61,069 bases of DNA from Vulcanimicrobiales bacterium (GCA_038231455.1 JBBRLI010000018.1:1-61069); one strand, 5' to 3'; shown: positions 40,232 through 52,607, counted from the first letter of the stretch. Program-made: numbers and translations. The notes: generated from the letters alone by a model not told the origin.

Positions 40232-41428
40232 TTAATCTCCCGGCGTGACGGAAATCGTACTACCCAACGGGCGGTAGATCCGCACGCAGTTGCGGCCGTC
40301 GGCTTTCGCGGCGTACATCGCCCGATCGGCGTGCGCGAAGACTTCATCAAACGTCGCGCCGTGGGCGGGAGCAAACGCTACGCCAATGCTGCCGCTGATC
40401 GTTGCGCTGAACGGCGGCCCGGCGACGATGGGTTCGGCGAGCGCGGCGACGAGTCGCCGGCCGAACGATACGATCGTCTCCTCGTCACCGACCCCCGGAC
40501 ACACGATTGCGAACTCGTCGCCGCCAAGGCGCGCGATGGAGTCAACCTCGCGCGCGAGCGCATGCAGACGCGCGGCGACTTCGACAAGCACCCGGTCGCC
40601 CATTGGATGGCCGAGTGTATCGTTGACTTCTTTAAAACCGTCGAGATCGATCAGCACGAACGCGACCGGCTCACCGTTCGCCGCATCGGCGATGGCCGAC
40701 GCCGTCGCATCGCGAAACCCGCCGCGATTGAGCAGACCGGTGAGTGAATCGTGGGCGGCGAGAAACGCATAGCGCTCCGCGTCGAGCCGGATCAACTCGG
40801 CGCGCCGGATCAACTCTTTCTCTTGTGGTTCGAGAATCCAAAACCAGACACCGACTAAGGTGAGGACCGCAAAGAGGATCGTTCCGATTTCCAAAAATTG
40901 GAATGTGGCAATCGATTGGCGGCCTTCTTTGAGGTAGGTGACCGCGACGGCATCGAGCGACTTGAGCATCGTCGTCGGGCCTTGACTGAGGATGTACTCC
41001 AGGTCCGGGTCGTTCACGTTCAAGCGCGAATCGGGCCGACCCGCGATTGCCTCGGCATGGGCGATGTAGTCGTGCACTTGTTTGTCGAGCCCGAGCTGAC
41101 CGAAGTAGAGCTGCTTGACCTGCGAGCTCGGCCAGCCGGGCGGGTTAACCTTGGGATCGCCGGTCGAGAGCTGCTCGTGCGTATCCCGAAAGAGGGCCAC
41201 AACCGACATCAGTCCCAGACGTGCGTCGCGCTTCTTGGCGCTATCGCGCTGCGTTGCAAGCGCATCGGAATACATCACGATCTGCTGGGAGAGCATCCGT
41301 TGCCGGCCGCTGATCGTCACGACCTGGGCGCGCGCGGCCTGGGTCGCCACCGCGTCGCGCAACACAAAATACGACGCAAACGCGTACGCCAGGAGCACCC
41401 CGAGCGCGAGAAGATACCGGACTCTCAC
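40232..41428 (-). CDS. Membrane diguanylate cyclase with PilJ/NarX-like periplasmic sensor
   Basis: TM, ISGRQRMLSQQI, TM, then HDSLTGLLNR, DLDGFKEVND and REVD-x5-GGDEF. GTG start 41428. Confidence 0.9.
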   Translation of the reverse strand: MRVRYLLALGVLLAYAFASYFVLRDAVATQAARAQVVTISGRQRMLSQQIVMYSDALATQRDSAKKRDARLGLMSVVALFRDTHEQLSTGDPKVNPPGWPSSQVKQLYFGQLGLDKQVHDYIAHAEAIAGRPDSRLNVNDPDLEYILSQGPTTMLKSLDAVAVTYLKEGRQSIATFQFLEIGTILFAVLTLVGVWFWILEPQEKELIRRAELIRLDAERYAFLAAHDSLTGLLNRGGFRDATASAIADAANGEPVAFVLIDLDGFKEVNDTLGHPMGDRVLVEVAARLHALAREVDSIARLGGDEFAIVCPGVGDEETIVSFGRRLVAALAEPIVAGPPFSATISGSIGVAFAPAHGATFDEVFAHADRAMYAAKADGRNCVRIYRPLGSTISVTPGD

Positions 41429-41438
41429 TACCAGACAA

Positions 41439-41466
41439 ACATCGGCAACTGGGCCCTCCGGCTTGA
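41439..41466 (-). promoter_or_regulatory. Sigma28 (FliA/SigD/WhiG)-type promoter TCAA-N16-GCCGATGT
   Basis: Located 10 nt upstream of the GTG of the diguanylate cyclase. Confidence 0.55.
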
Positions 41467-41553
41467 GAGCGGCCGCCAGCGGGACCCACCTTCTAAAAAA
41501 TATCTCCGCCGGAGGACTGAGGGGCTTGCGGGGATGTCGTATACTGAGGGTCG

Positions 41554-43428
41554 ATGGCTCCACGCCTACGCCCGTATCAGCTCGCGGCCCAAGAAGCGAT
41601 CCTTGAGGCCCGAGAGCGCGGGATAAGAGCTCAGCTCGTGTCACTTGCGACCGGGCTCGGCAAAACTGTGTTGATCGCTACGCTCCCGCAGCTTTTGAAG
41701 TTGCGGTCGAATGACGTTACCCTGGTCATCGCCCACCGGGACGAGCTGATCCAGCAAACCGTCGAGAAGATGCGCGACGCCAATCCCGATGCCCTCATCG
41801 GGGTCGAAAAAGCAAGTTCGCGCGCTTCCGAAGAGTGCAGCATCGTGGTTGCGACGGTGCAGACGCTAGCGAACAAGCGCCTCAAAGAGTTCATCACGCG
41901 CTTCGGTCGGCGCATCGCGCTCTTCGTCATCGATGAAGCGCACCACGCCGCAGCTCCGACCTATCGCGCGATCGTCGATGCGATCAACGAGGCACGCCCC
42001 GACGCCATGGTGCTTGGCTTTACCGCAACGCCGAACCGCGGTGACGGCGTGCGACTGGTCGATATCTTCCACGACATCGTCTACACCGTCGACTCGCGCG
42101 TCGCGATCGACGCGGGCTATCTCGTCCCGGTCCGTAGCTTCGCGGTCGCCACCAAAACGGATCTCGACGGCGTCACTTCGCGCGGCGGCGACTTCGTGCT
42201 CGGCGCGCTTGCGGCGGTCGTCAACACCAAAGACCGCAACCAACTTATCGTCGATGCGTACCGCCAACATACACCCAATCTGAAGGCGTTGATCTTTACC
42301 GCATCGGTCGAGCATGCCAAAGACGTGCATCGGCTCTTCATCGAAGCGGGGATCGCGGCGGCGTTCGCAAGCGGCGAGACGCCCAAAGACGAACGCGAAC
42401 GGATCGTGGAAGACTTCCGGCGCGACCGTTGCGATGTGCTCGTGAACTGCGGACTCTATCTTGAGGGCTTCGATGTGCCCTCGATTCAAGTCGTCATCAA
42501 CGCGCGCCCGACGAAGTCGACGACGCTCTACACGCAGATCACGGGCCGCGGCTTACGTCCGGTCGACGAGATCGCGCGCTCGCTCTCGGTTCTCGAGACG
42601 AGCGATCAGCGCCGCAATTTGATCGGCACGAGCGCGAAGCCGTTTGCGATTATCCTCGATATGGTCGATCAGGCGCATCGCCACTCGATCGTGACGTTGC
42701 CCTCGCTCTGGGGATTGCCGCCGCAGATCGACGCGCAAGGCCGGCCCGTCTCGCAAGTCGCCGATAAATACGAAGAACTCTACCGTCGCGACCCGCGCAC
42801 GGCCGCACGCGTGCGGACGGCCGAGCAAATCGAAGCGGCGCTGATCGAACTCGATTCCTTCGCCGATGCGCGCGCCCGCAACGAACAGCCGGCGACGTGG
42901 AAGATGATCACCGCCGAACACTGGCGGCTCGAGCGCCCGCCGATACGCACGGCGCGAGACAAAAAAGGCAAGATCATCCCGGACTTTGCGAAGAAATTCG
43001 CCCAATTCGTGATGGAAGCAAAGCGCATTGCGCCGACCGCCGATGCCGATGCGTTTGCCTTACGCATTCTCGATGCCGACCCGCGCACGATCACCGAAGA
43101 ATCGACGCAAGTCGACATCGCCCGCAAGAACGATGAATTCGTCGCGATGATGGCGACCGGCACGGCGCCCGCGCGCGAAATCGCCAAAGCCCGCACGCTC
43201 CCCGAAGCCCTCGCCGCCGTGGAGAACAAGCTTGCCAGCGGCGAGGCGTTCGCAGCGCCGGCGCCACCGCAAAAAGGCACGCGCGGCCGCAAACGCAAGC
43301 GCGGCCGCACGCCCAACAATAAAGTGCACGCCGCCGCAAATACGGCCGCAGCCGCGGCCTCCGGCGCCCCAACGCGCGGACGTCGTCGTCGACGCCGCGC
43401 CGCACCCAAACCCGCCGCGCAGAGTTAA
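41554..43428 (+). CDS. SF2 DExH-box helicase (Irc3/RadD-like) with Arg/Lys-rich C-terminal tail
   Basis: LRPYQ, ATGLGKT, DEAHH, TATP, EGFDVP and QITGRGLR motifs. Confidence 0.92.
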   Translation: MAPRLRPYQLAAQEAILEARERGIRAQLVSLATGLGKTVLIATLPQLLKLRSNDVTLVIAHRDELIQQTVEKMRDANPDALIGVEKASSRASEECSIVVATVQTLANKRLKEFITRFGRRIALFVIDEAHHAAAPTYRAIVDAINEARPDAMVLGFTATPNRGDGVRLVDIFHDIVYTVDSRVAIDAGYLVPVRSFAVATKTDLDGVTSRGGDFVLGALAAVVNTKDRNQLIVDAYRQHTPNLKALIFTASVEHAKDVHRLFIEAGIAAAFASGETPKDERERIVEDFRRDRCDVLVNCGLYLEGFDVPSIQVVINARPTKSTTLYTQITGRGLRPVDEIARSLSVLETSDQRRNLIGTSAKPFAIILDMVDQAHRHSIVTLPSLWGLPPQIDAQGRPVSQVADKYEELYRRDPRTAARVRTAEQIEAALIELDSFADARARNEQPATWKMITAEHWRLERPPIRTARDKKGKIIPDFAKKFAQFVMEAKRIAPTADADAFALRILDADPRTITEESTQVDIARKNDEFVAMMATGTAPAREIAKARTLPEALAAVENKLASGEAFAAPAPPQKGTRGRKRKRGRTPNNKVHAAANTAAAAASGAPTRGRRRRRRAAPKPAAQS

Positions 43429-43456
43429 TCAAGCGGCGGCGGCGAAGGCCCCGCCG

Positions 43457-45064
43457 ATGCTGCGCTTCCTTTTACGCTCGCTTGCGGCAGTCGCCGCGCT
43501 CGTTCTGATCGCAACGGTCCCGGCCCCGGCGGCGCGCGACACGCTGCGCATCGGCGTCCTCCGCGACATCGACTCGATCAATCCGCTGCTCTCGGGTCAA
43601 GCCGCGACGAGCGATCTTGCGCACTTCATCTTCTCCGGACTCTTCCGGTACGACAATCACGGCGAACTCGCACCCGATGTCGCAACCGAAGTACCGAGCA
43701 AACGTAACGGCGGCATAAGCGCCGACGGCAAAACGCTCACCTACCGGTTGCGTCACGACGTAACGTTCTCCGATGGCAAACCGCTTACGGCGGAAGACGT
43801 CGTCTTCACCTGGCAGCAGGTCATGAACCCCGCGAACAACGTGCCGTATCATTTTCCGAGCGATCAGGCGCGCACCGTCGTCGCGAAAGATCGGTACACG
43901 GTTGTCGTGCAGCTGAAAGAACCCTCGGCACCGTTTCTTGCCGATTGGATGCGCGACGGGATTCAAGGCGGCATTCTTCCCAAGCATCTTCTCGCGGGCA
44001 ACGCCGATCTTAACAAAGTCGCGTACAATTCAAAGCCGATCGGCAGCGGACCATACGTCGTTGATTCGTATGCCCCCGGACAAGGGCTCGTGCTCTCGGC
44101 AAATCCGACGTACTTCCGCGGCGAAGCGAAAATCAAGCACATCCGCTATCAGATCATCCCGAACGAGAATTCGCTGTTGACCGCGTTACGCACCCACGAG
44201 ATCGATTTCTATTGGAGTGCACCCGAACAGCAGTACACCTCGCTCAAAGCGATCGAGGGCATCAAAGTCGATGCCACGCCGACGCAGCAGTTCGAACACG
44301 TTGCCTTCAACACCAAGCGCGCGCCGTTCGATGACGTGCGCGTGCGTCAGGCCGCCGCGTACGCGATCGACTGGCACGCGCTCGTGACGAACGTGTATCT
44401 CAACGTCGATCTGCCCGGAATGGCCGATATCTTCCCGAAGAGTTGGGCGAACGATGCAACCGTGCAACCGTATCCGCACGATCTCGGACGCGCGCGGGCG
44501 TTGCTGGATGCAGCGGGTTGGAAAGTCGGACCCGATGGCATTCGCGTGCGTGATGGAAAACGGCTGACGGCGGATATCTCAACCGTCAACGGCGTCACGA
44601 CACGCGTGAGCGCCGAGGTCCTCATCCAACAGAATTGCAAAGAGGCCGGCATCGAAGTGCAGGTCCGCAACTATCCCGCTAACTTACTCTTCTCGGCGTA
44701 CGGCGCGGGTGGCATTCTCGCGCGCGGCAAGTTCGATCTTGCGATCTATGCGTGGGTGAAGACGCCTGACCCCGATGATATTGCAACACTCGGACCGGAG
44801 AGCATAGCGCCGCATGGCGCGAACTATTCGGGGTTTGCCGACGCGCAGCTCGGCAAATGGCAACATCTCGGCGCGCAATCCTACGATCGCGACGAGCGCA
44901 AGAAATGGTATACGCTCATCCAACGCCGCACACACGAGATGGTGCCGATTCACACGATCGTGTGGCGCGCCAATATCGATGCGTATATCAGCGGCTTACA
45001 CGGATTCGATCCGGGCGCGGCGTTCAGTGATTTTTGGAATATCGCCGACTGGACGCTCGACTAG
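43457..45064 (+). CDS. Peptide ABC transporter substrate-binding protein (family 5), orphan
   Basis: Signal from ATG 43457; LRHDVTFSDG and PIGSGPY motifs; clear paralogue of 1140-2765. Confidence 0.9.
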   Translation: MLRFLLRSLAAVAALVLIATVPAPAARDTLRIGVLRDIDSINPLLSGQAATSDLAHFIFSGLFRYDNHGELAPDVATEVPSKRNGGISADGKTLTYRLRHDVTFSDGKPLTAEDVVFTWQQVMNPANNVPYHFPSDQARTVVAKDRYTVVVQLKEPSAPFLADWMRDGIQGGILPKHLLAGNADLNKVAYNSKPIGSGPYVVDSYAPGQGLVLSANPTYFRGEAKIKHIRYQIIPNENSLLTALRTHEIDFYWSAPEQQYTSLKAIEGIKVDATPTQQFEHVAFNTKRAPFDDVRVRQAAAYAIDWHALVTNVYLNVDLPGMADIFPKSWANDATVQPYPHDLGRARALLDAAGWKVGPDGIRVRDGKRLTADISTVNGVTTRVSAEVLIQQNCKEAGIEVQVRNYPANLLFSAYGAGGILARGKFDLAIYAWVKTPDPDDIATLGPESIAPHGANYSGFADAQLGKWQHLGAQSYDRDERKKWYTLIQRRTHEMVPIHTIVWRANIDAYISGLHGFDPGAAFSDFWNIADWTLD

Positions 45065-45065
45065 C

Positions 45066-47243
<2,178 letters not shown>

Positions 47244-47257
<14 letters not shown>

Positions 47258-47753
47258 ACCGCGAGGGATAGTACTGTAAGCGCGCATCGATTTTGCCGTC
47301 GGCAACCTCGAGTAGCGCGTACGAAAAGAGCGGGTTGAAGCGCTTGTCCGTGGGTGAGCCGGGATTGATCATTACGATCCCGGCTCGTTCTTTAATGATG
47401 GGCCGATGCGAGTGACCGAAGACGATCGCATCGACACGCTCGTCCGCAAACGCATCGAACGCGTACTGCTCGGTCGGCTTCGAGCGATGATCGCCGTGGA
47501 TCATCCCGATCCGCACGCCGTCGATCTCGACGACTTTCTTGCGCCCGAACCGTTCGCGAATTGCCTCATCATCGTTGTTCCCCGCGACGGCTTCGAAGGG
47601 CGCGATCGCCTCGAAGAGCTCGACGATCAGCAGTTCGGTCATATCGCCACAGTGCAAAATGCGCGAGACACCTTGCAACCCCGCTTGGAGCGCGGTGGGA
47701 AGCAAGGTGCCGTAGCGCGGCATGTGCGTATCCGAGACGAGCCCGATTTTCAT
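47244..47753 (-). CDS. YfcE/MJ0936-type metallophosphoesterase
   Basis: SDTH, HCGD, GNND, HG, GHSH and NPGS motifs. Confidence 0.92.
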
Positions 47754-47953
47754 GATTCCCGATCGATCTCGATTGGAAGCAGGAGAGGCCTTTCGCGCCC
47801 CAGCCGATTCCAATAAATTAAGAGGTGGTTATGAGGAGGCAAAATTAATTAGAATTGCCTGAGGCGCTAAGGTTACCGGGCAGTTCGTTTTTTCAGAAAA
47901 GAATCGCTCACGCCACCTGGCCGCCTACACGCAGAACAACTGAAGGTGAAGCT

Positions 47954-50900
47954 ATGATTCATCGACTCTCGGCGACGTCGCTTTTACGACTGTTCGTTGC
48001 CTCGTTCTTGGCTTTGGCGTTTTTCGCCGGGTCGACCGTTCCCTCACTTGCTGTCGGCGGCATCGTCGGCAATTTGCAAGGCACGATCGTTGATGCGACC
48101 TCGCAGGCGCCGATCGCCGGCGTCGCAATCAACGCGGTCGCTCCGTCGGGTCGCTATTCCGCGAAGACCGATAGCAAAGGCTTCTTCCAAATCAACGGGA
48201 TGACCGTTGACACGTACACCGTGACGGTCCAGGCTCCGAGCTACGAGCCCTCGATTCTCAACGGCGTGACGATTCAGGGCGATCAAACGGTCAACCTTAA
48301 CACCGTCACGATCACGAAGAATATCAAGACGATCGGGCGGATCACCTCGCGCTCGCAGACCAGCGTCTTCCAGCCCTCGCAGACGATCGACTCCGTCTCG
48401 ATCAGCGGAACGCGTGCGACGACCGCACTCGGCAAGGCCGCATCGACCGATGAAACGGCCCTCGCGCTCAGCGCTCCGGGCGTCCAGCTCACCAACCGCG
48501 GCACGCTCACGGTGCGCGGCGGCCTCTCGAATGAGGTCGGCTATCAGTTCGACGGCGTGAACTTCCAAGAACCGTATCTTACGAATGACGCCGCACGCGG
48601 CGGATTTACGGGCCTCGGCTCGCTTCAAGTCATCGCCGGCTCGGGTGATCCCTCGCAGGGCAACGCCGGTTCGGGGATTCTGAACTTCACGGTCAAACGC
48701 GGTGCGCGCCCGTCGTTCGGTTACATCGATTTCGAAGCAACCGCGCCGTTCTACGGCCACCAGGGTTCGTTCGAATACGGATTCGCAACGCCCAACGGCC
48801 GCTTCTCGAACTACACGACCTACGTTGGCCAGCGGCAAGAACCCGTGCTTGGAACGCGCGGCTTCGACTCGTCGACCTTCAACGTCTACAATGCCGTCGC
48901 GTTTAATAAGACCGACGATATTATCAATAACTCGATCTACCGATTTGGAAAAGACAACAACCAATCCATTCAGATGCTCTACCGCAACCGATACACGATT
49001 GGTTACGGATACCAGGGTGGAACGGACAACCGCAAGACGGCGTTCTTCAGCCCGACGACGCTCGACGGTTTCATCGGCAGCCTCCCAACGCCGATCAAAA
49101 CCGCGTACGGCTTTCCGGCGTCCAGCGCGGCAAACTACTACGACGTCGCGGGCGCATTTTTCCGCGATCGCTTCAACTTCGGCCCGTATGCTCCGACGAC
49201 CGCGACATCGGCCGGTGCGGAAGAATCGCTCTTCCAGCCCTTGCGCTTCCTCAAGTTCGAATACACAAACAACCTCAATTCGACGACGTATGCCGCAATC
49301 CGCGCGTACAACTACGAATCGCTCTCCGGAAATTCCAACTACGCGACCGACCCGCTGAGCGCCAACTGGAGCCAGACCGGCGGCCGACGCGGCGGCATCT
49401 CCGGCGACATCACAACCACCATCAACGATAAGAACACGCTGACCATCGGAGGCCTGCTCGAGAACGCGCACCCCGTGCGCGATTCGTACTCAGCAAGCAA
49501 CGGACGCAACTTGCTCGCAGGCGTCGGCAACGGCGGCGTGGCGGGCGGCAGCGGCCTTCCGTCCTACTACGACTTTCTGACACCGGCAGACCGCACCAAG
49601 CCGATCTCGGCGGCCAACCCCTGCCCGATCGTCAACGCGTGCTACGTCTACAACTCGCTCGGTGCGGGCGGCGACGCGAAGATTCCGATCTACGGCGTTA
49701 ACTACACCAATACCGACTATCAATCGATTAGCGGGTACATCCGGGATCAATTCCAGGCGACGAAAAAACTGAAGCTCGACGTCGGCGTGCGCATCGACCA
49801 CGAGAACTTCAAACAGGGCGTCTCGCAGTTCAATCCCGACCTTGCCAACCCCACGGACGTCGATACTAAGTTTGTTTCGGATAAATTCGTTCATCCGACC
49901 GTCACCGAACCGCGTCTCTCGGGAGCCTATCAGTTCTCGAATTCCGAATCACTGCGTGCAGGCTTCGGTCGCTCGGCGGAGTTCGCAGGCGCGCAAACGT
50001 TCGGAACGCCGGCCTATCTCTACGGTCTCGACAACCGTCTCCTCGGCGTTGCACCGCTTCCGGGCACCAACACCGCGGATCCGAAGACCTGGACCTGCGG
50101 CTCGGGTTACAACAAAGCCAATCTCGTAGCCGGGAACGCCAACCTTGCCGGAACCGGCGGCGGCTTCACGCGCTGCTCGAACTACGCATCGCAAATCTTC
50201 TGGGCGTACGATCAGAACTTCGACGCACCGGACGTCGGCAACAACTCGCCGCCGACGTATTCCAACATCGATCTCACCTATCAGAAGCTGCTCAAGAACG
50301 GCGTCGGCCTGCGCTTGACGGGCTACACGAAACGCGGCTACAACTTGCCCGTCGCGTTCCTCATCACGCAGATCCTCGATCCGAGCGGCGCAATCGCGGG
50401 CCAAGTGTTCGCTGTCGACAACGTCGGTATCAACCGCACGAACGGCGTCGAATTTGGGCTCTCGCTTCCGGAAAAACCCTACGGCCTCACCGGTTATCTT
50501 TCCGCAACGTACAGCAACGTGTTCAACGCAACACCGCCGCTGATCGCCGGTGAAGATCAACTGCCGCTTGTTTCCAAGTCGTCGCTTGCCTTGCAAAACG
50601 TCTACCGCGCGGGCTATGTCTCTCCGTTCGTCGTCAACGCCGGCGCATCGTACAAAACACGCAGCGGCTTCCGCATCAACCCGATCCTCAACTACGATCG
50701 CGGCTTCCCAATCGGCGCCGGCAATCTGACGCCCTCGGGCGCCCGACAAGCCGCTGGTTTCCTCATCGACGGTCAGTATCGCACGATCGTGCAGACCAAT
50801 CTCGATGCGGCGACGGTGCCGTCGTATAGCTCGGCCTATTTCCAGAACGCGTACACCCCGTCGTATCGCGGTTCGTATACCGCGACGAACTACGTCGATC

Positions 50901-51289
50901 CGATCAACCCCGGCAGCTACTACGCACCGTATATCGCTGCAACGCGCGGTACGCCGGAAGCGGCAACGGCTGGCGGCGTTCTCTCGCGTCCGCGACTCTT
51001 TACGGACCTGAGCCTCGAGTACGCGCACAACAAGAACACGTTCGGACTGCTCGTGCACAACCTCATCGGTTCGAAATACTCGGAGCCGACACTCAACCCG
51101 CTCTATCAGCCCGTTGCAACGGGCGTTGCGGGCCCGCTCACAGGTCAGCGTCCGCAAGGCAATCCCACCAACCCCTTCTACTCGCTCGGAACGCGCAACA
51201 TCCCGGACTTTGCGTATGGGAAAAACGCGTACACAGAAATCCCGAACAATCCGACGACGTACCGCTTCTACTACCAGATCGCGCTGTAG
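47954..51289 (+). CDS. TonB-dependent receptor with N-terminal carboxypeptidase-regulatory-like domain
   Basis: Signal peptide, GTIVDA...G.F.I..M..DTY.V, plug VRGG...YQFDG, beta-barrel strands, C-terminal YRFYYQIAL. Confidence 0.88.
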   Translation: MIHRLSATSLLRLFVASFLALAFFAGSTVPSLAVGGIVGNLQGTIVDATSQAPIAGVAINAVAPSGRYSAKTDSKGFFQINGMTVDTYTVTVQAPSYEPSILNGVTIQGDQTVNLNTVTITKNIKTIGRITSRSQTSVFQPSQTIDSVSISGTRATTALGKAASTDETALALSAPGVQLTNRGTLTVRGGLSNEVGYQFDGVNFQEPYLTNDAARGGFTGLGSLQVIAGSGDPSQGNAGSGILNFTVKRGARPSFGYIDFEATAPFYGHQGSFEYGFATPNGRFSNYTTYVGQRQEPVLGTRGFDSSTFNVYNAVAFNKTDDIINNSIYRFGKDNNQSIQMLYRNRYTIGYGYQGGTDNRKTAFFSPTTLDGFIGSLPTPIKTAYGFPASSAANYYDVAGAFFRDRFNFGPYAPTTATSAGAEESLFQPLRFLKFEYTNNLNSTTYAAIRAYNYESLSGNSNYATDPLSANWSQTGGRRGGISGDITTTINDKNTLTIGGLLENAHPVRDSYSASNGRNLLAGVGNGGVAGGSGLPSYYDFLTPADRTKPISAANPCPIVNACYVYNSLGAGGDAKIPIYGVNYTNTDYQSISGYIRDQFQATKKLKLDVGVRIDHENFKQGVSQFNPDLANPTDVDTKFVSDKFVHPTVTEPRLSGAYQFSNSESLRAGFGRSAEFAGAQTFGTPAYLYGLDNRLLGVAPLPGTNTADPKTWTCGSGYNKANLVAGNANLAGTGGGFTRCSNYASQIFWAYDQNFDAPDVGNNSPPTYSNIDLTYQKLLKNGVGLRLTGYTKRGYNLPVAFLITQILDPSGAIAGQVFAVDNVGINRTNGVEFGLSLPEKPYGLTGYLSATYSNVFNATPPLIAGEDQLPLVSKSSLALQNVYRAGYVSPFVVNAGASYKTRSGFRINPILNYDRGFPIGAGNLTPSGARQAAGFLIDGQYRTIVQTNLDAATVPSYSSAYFQNAYTPSYRGSYTATNYVDPINPGSYYAPYIAATRGTPEAATAGGVLSRPRLFTDLSLEYAHNKNTFGLLVHNLIGSKYSEPTLNPLYQPVATGVAGPLTGQRPQGNPTNPFYSLGTRNIPDFAYGKNAYTEIPNNPTTYRFYYQIAL

Positions 51290-51304
51290 GAGCAAGGAGC
51301 ACAA

Positions 51305-52546
51305 TTGAATCGTACAACTCTTAGCTGGGCTGGGTTGATCCTTGCCGTTGGCGTCGCCGGTTGCACCTCGGGTTCAACCGGTCCGCCGGATCAGCGCTCG
51401 GTGAACCCCGCCGCACAATCCGTTCTCCAATTCGCGGTCGGAACGGCGAACATCGCCGGAACGCCCGGGATGAACGTCGTCGTTACCAATCGTCAGCCGA
51501 ACGGCCTCAGCGCCGTTTTGCTCGACACACCAACACTGACCGGCCCCTTCACCCTGCCGGCCGTGACCGGTGCCGCTGACGGACAGGGCAGCACGGCAAA
51601 AGCGGGACCCGCGCAAGGCGAACTTGACGGCACGCTGTGCGGAAAGCCGTGCATCACCGGCACGCCGCAGTTCACGCCCGGAGGCGCACCCGCATTCGCT
51701 TCGACCTTCGGCGCGAGCGGTGGCGCGTTCGGACTCGCGTTCGCTCCCGCGAACTCGACGCCAACAAGCACGACCAACATCTATCAGCCGTATCAGGTCC
51801 CACTCTACGGCGCGAAACTCTTCACGCCGTGGGGCGGGCCACCCGCATATGATCCCGCCGGCGACGGCAAGGGGACGCGCGACGGCACGTTTGCCGACAC
51901 GACCGTCGGGATTCTCGGTGTATCCCTTGGTCTTGATATCTTTAAAGGTGTGGCGGTCGCACCGGGGCCGTACAACTTGAGTTTGAATATTCCGTTCACG
52001 AGCGGAAGTCAGACTGTCGCGTCGAGTTTCGCGCTCGGCGCGGTCACGCCGATCGCCGGACTTCCGGCTATTACCGGGATCACGTTCGATGGAACCGGTC
52101 AAGCGACGGTTGCGTACACGCTGCCTCCGGGCGTCGTAGGCGCGTACGTCGAGATCATCGATAACGGTCCGTCGGTCTGCAATGCTGCGGGCGACACCAA
52201 CTTCTACGGCCCGCAAACTGCCGGTAACCCAGCGGCTGGACCCAATCCCACGACCTACTACACGTTCTGGGTGACCGCATCCGGCAGCGTTGCGGTGACA
52301 AACGTCTACGGTCCTGGCCCGCGTGGCACGACGTTTCCGGCAATCTGCACGCTCGCACAGAATTCCGCAGCGAAGGCAGCATCGCCGAATCCCGACACGT
52401 TGACCGCCTACGTGATCGGATTCGACTACGACCACTACAGCATCACCTACAACAAACCGGTCAATACGCAGTATACGCAAAAACCGGCGTTGCCCGCCTC
52501 GGCGGACGTCGTCGTTTCGGCAGCGTTCAAAGCAACCTCGCCGTAA
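51305..52546 (+). CDS. Gly/Pro/Thr-rich lipoprotein cotranscribed with the TonB receptor
   Basis: SD AAGGAG and TTG start; VAGC lipobox; 15 bp after the receptor stop. Confidence 0.85.
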   Translation: MNRTTLSWAGLILAVGVAGCTSGSTGPPDQRSVNPAAQSVLQFAVGTANIAGTPGMNVVVTNRQPNGLSAVLLDTPTLTGPFTLPAVTGAADGQGSTAKAGPAQGELDGTLCGKPCITGTPQFTPGGAPAFASTFGASGGAFGLAFAPANSTPTSTTNIYQPYQVPLYGAKLFTPWGGPPAYDPAGDGKGTRDGTFADTTVGILGVSLGLDIFKGVAVAPGPYNLSLNIPFTSGSQTVASSFALGAVTPIAGLPAITGITFDGTGQATVAYTLPPGVVGAYVEIIDNGPSVCNAAGDTNFYGPQTAGNPAAGPNPTTYYTFWVTASGSVAVTNVYGPGPRGTTFPAICTLAQNSAAKAASPNPDTLTAYVIGFDYDHYSITYNKPVNTQYTQKPALPASADVVVSAAFKATSP

Positions 52547-52567
52547 TCTCGGCGACTCGACCCGAAT

Positions 52568-52607
52568 AAAAAGCGGCTTCCTCGCAAGGGGGAGCCGCTT
52601 TTCTTTT
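52568..52607. terminator. Bidirectional intrinsic terminator
   Basis: AAAAAGCGGCTTCCTC-GCAA-GGGGGAGCCGCTTTTCTTTT, with T-runs on both strands, between convergent genes. Confidence 0.9.

Noticed and set aside
41554-43428. Helicase as part of a restriction or antiphage system
   Set aside because: No adjacent methyltransferase, nuclease or other defence gene, and no compositional anomaly.
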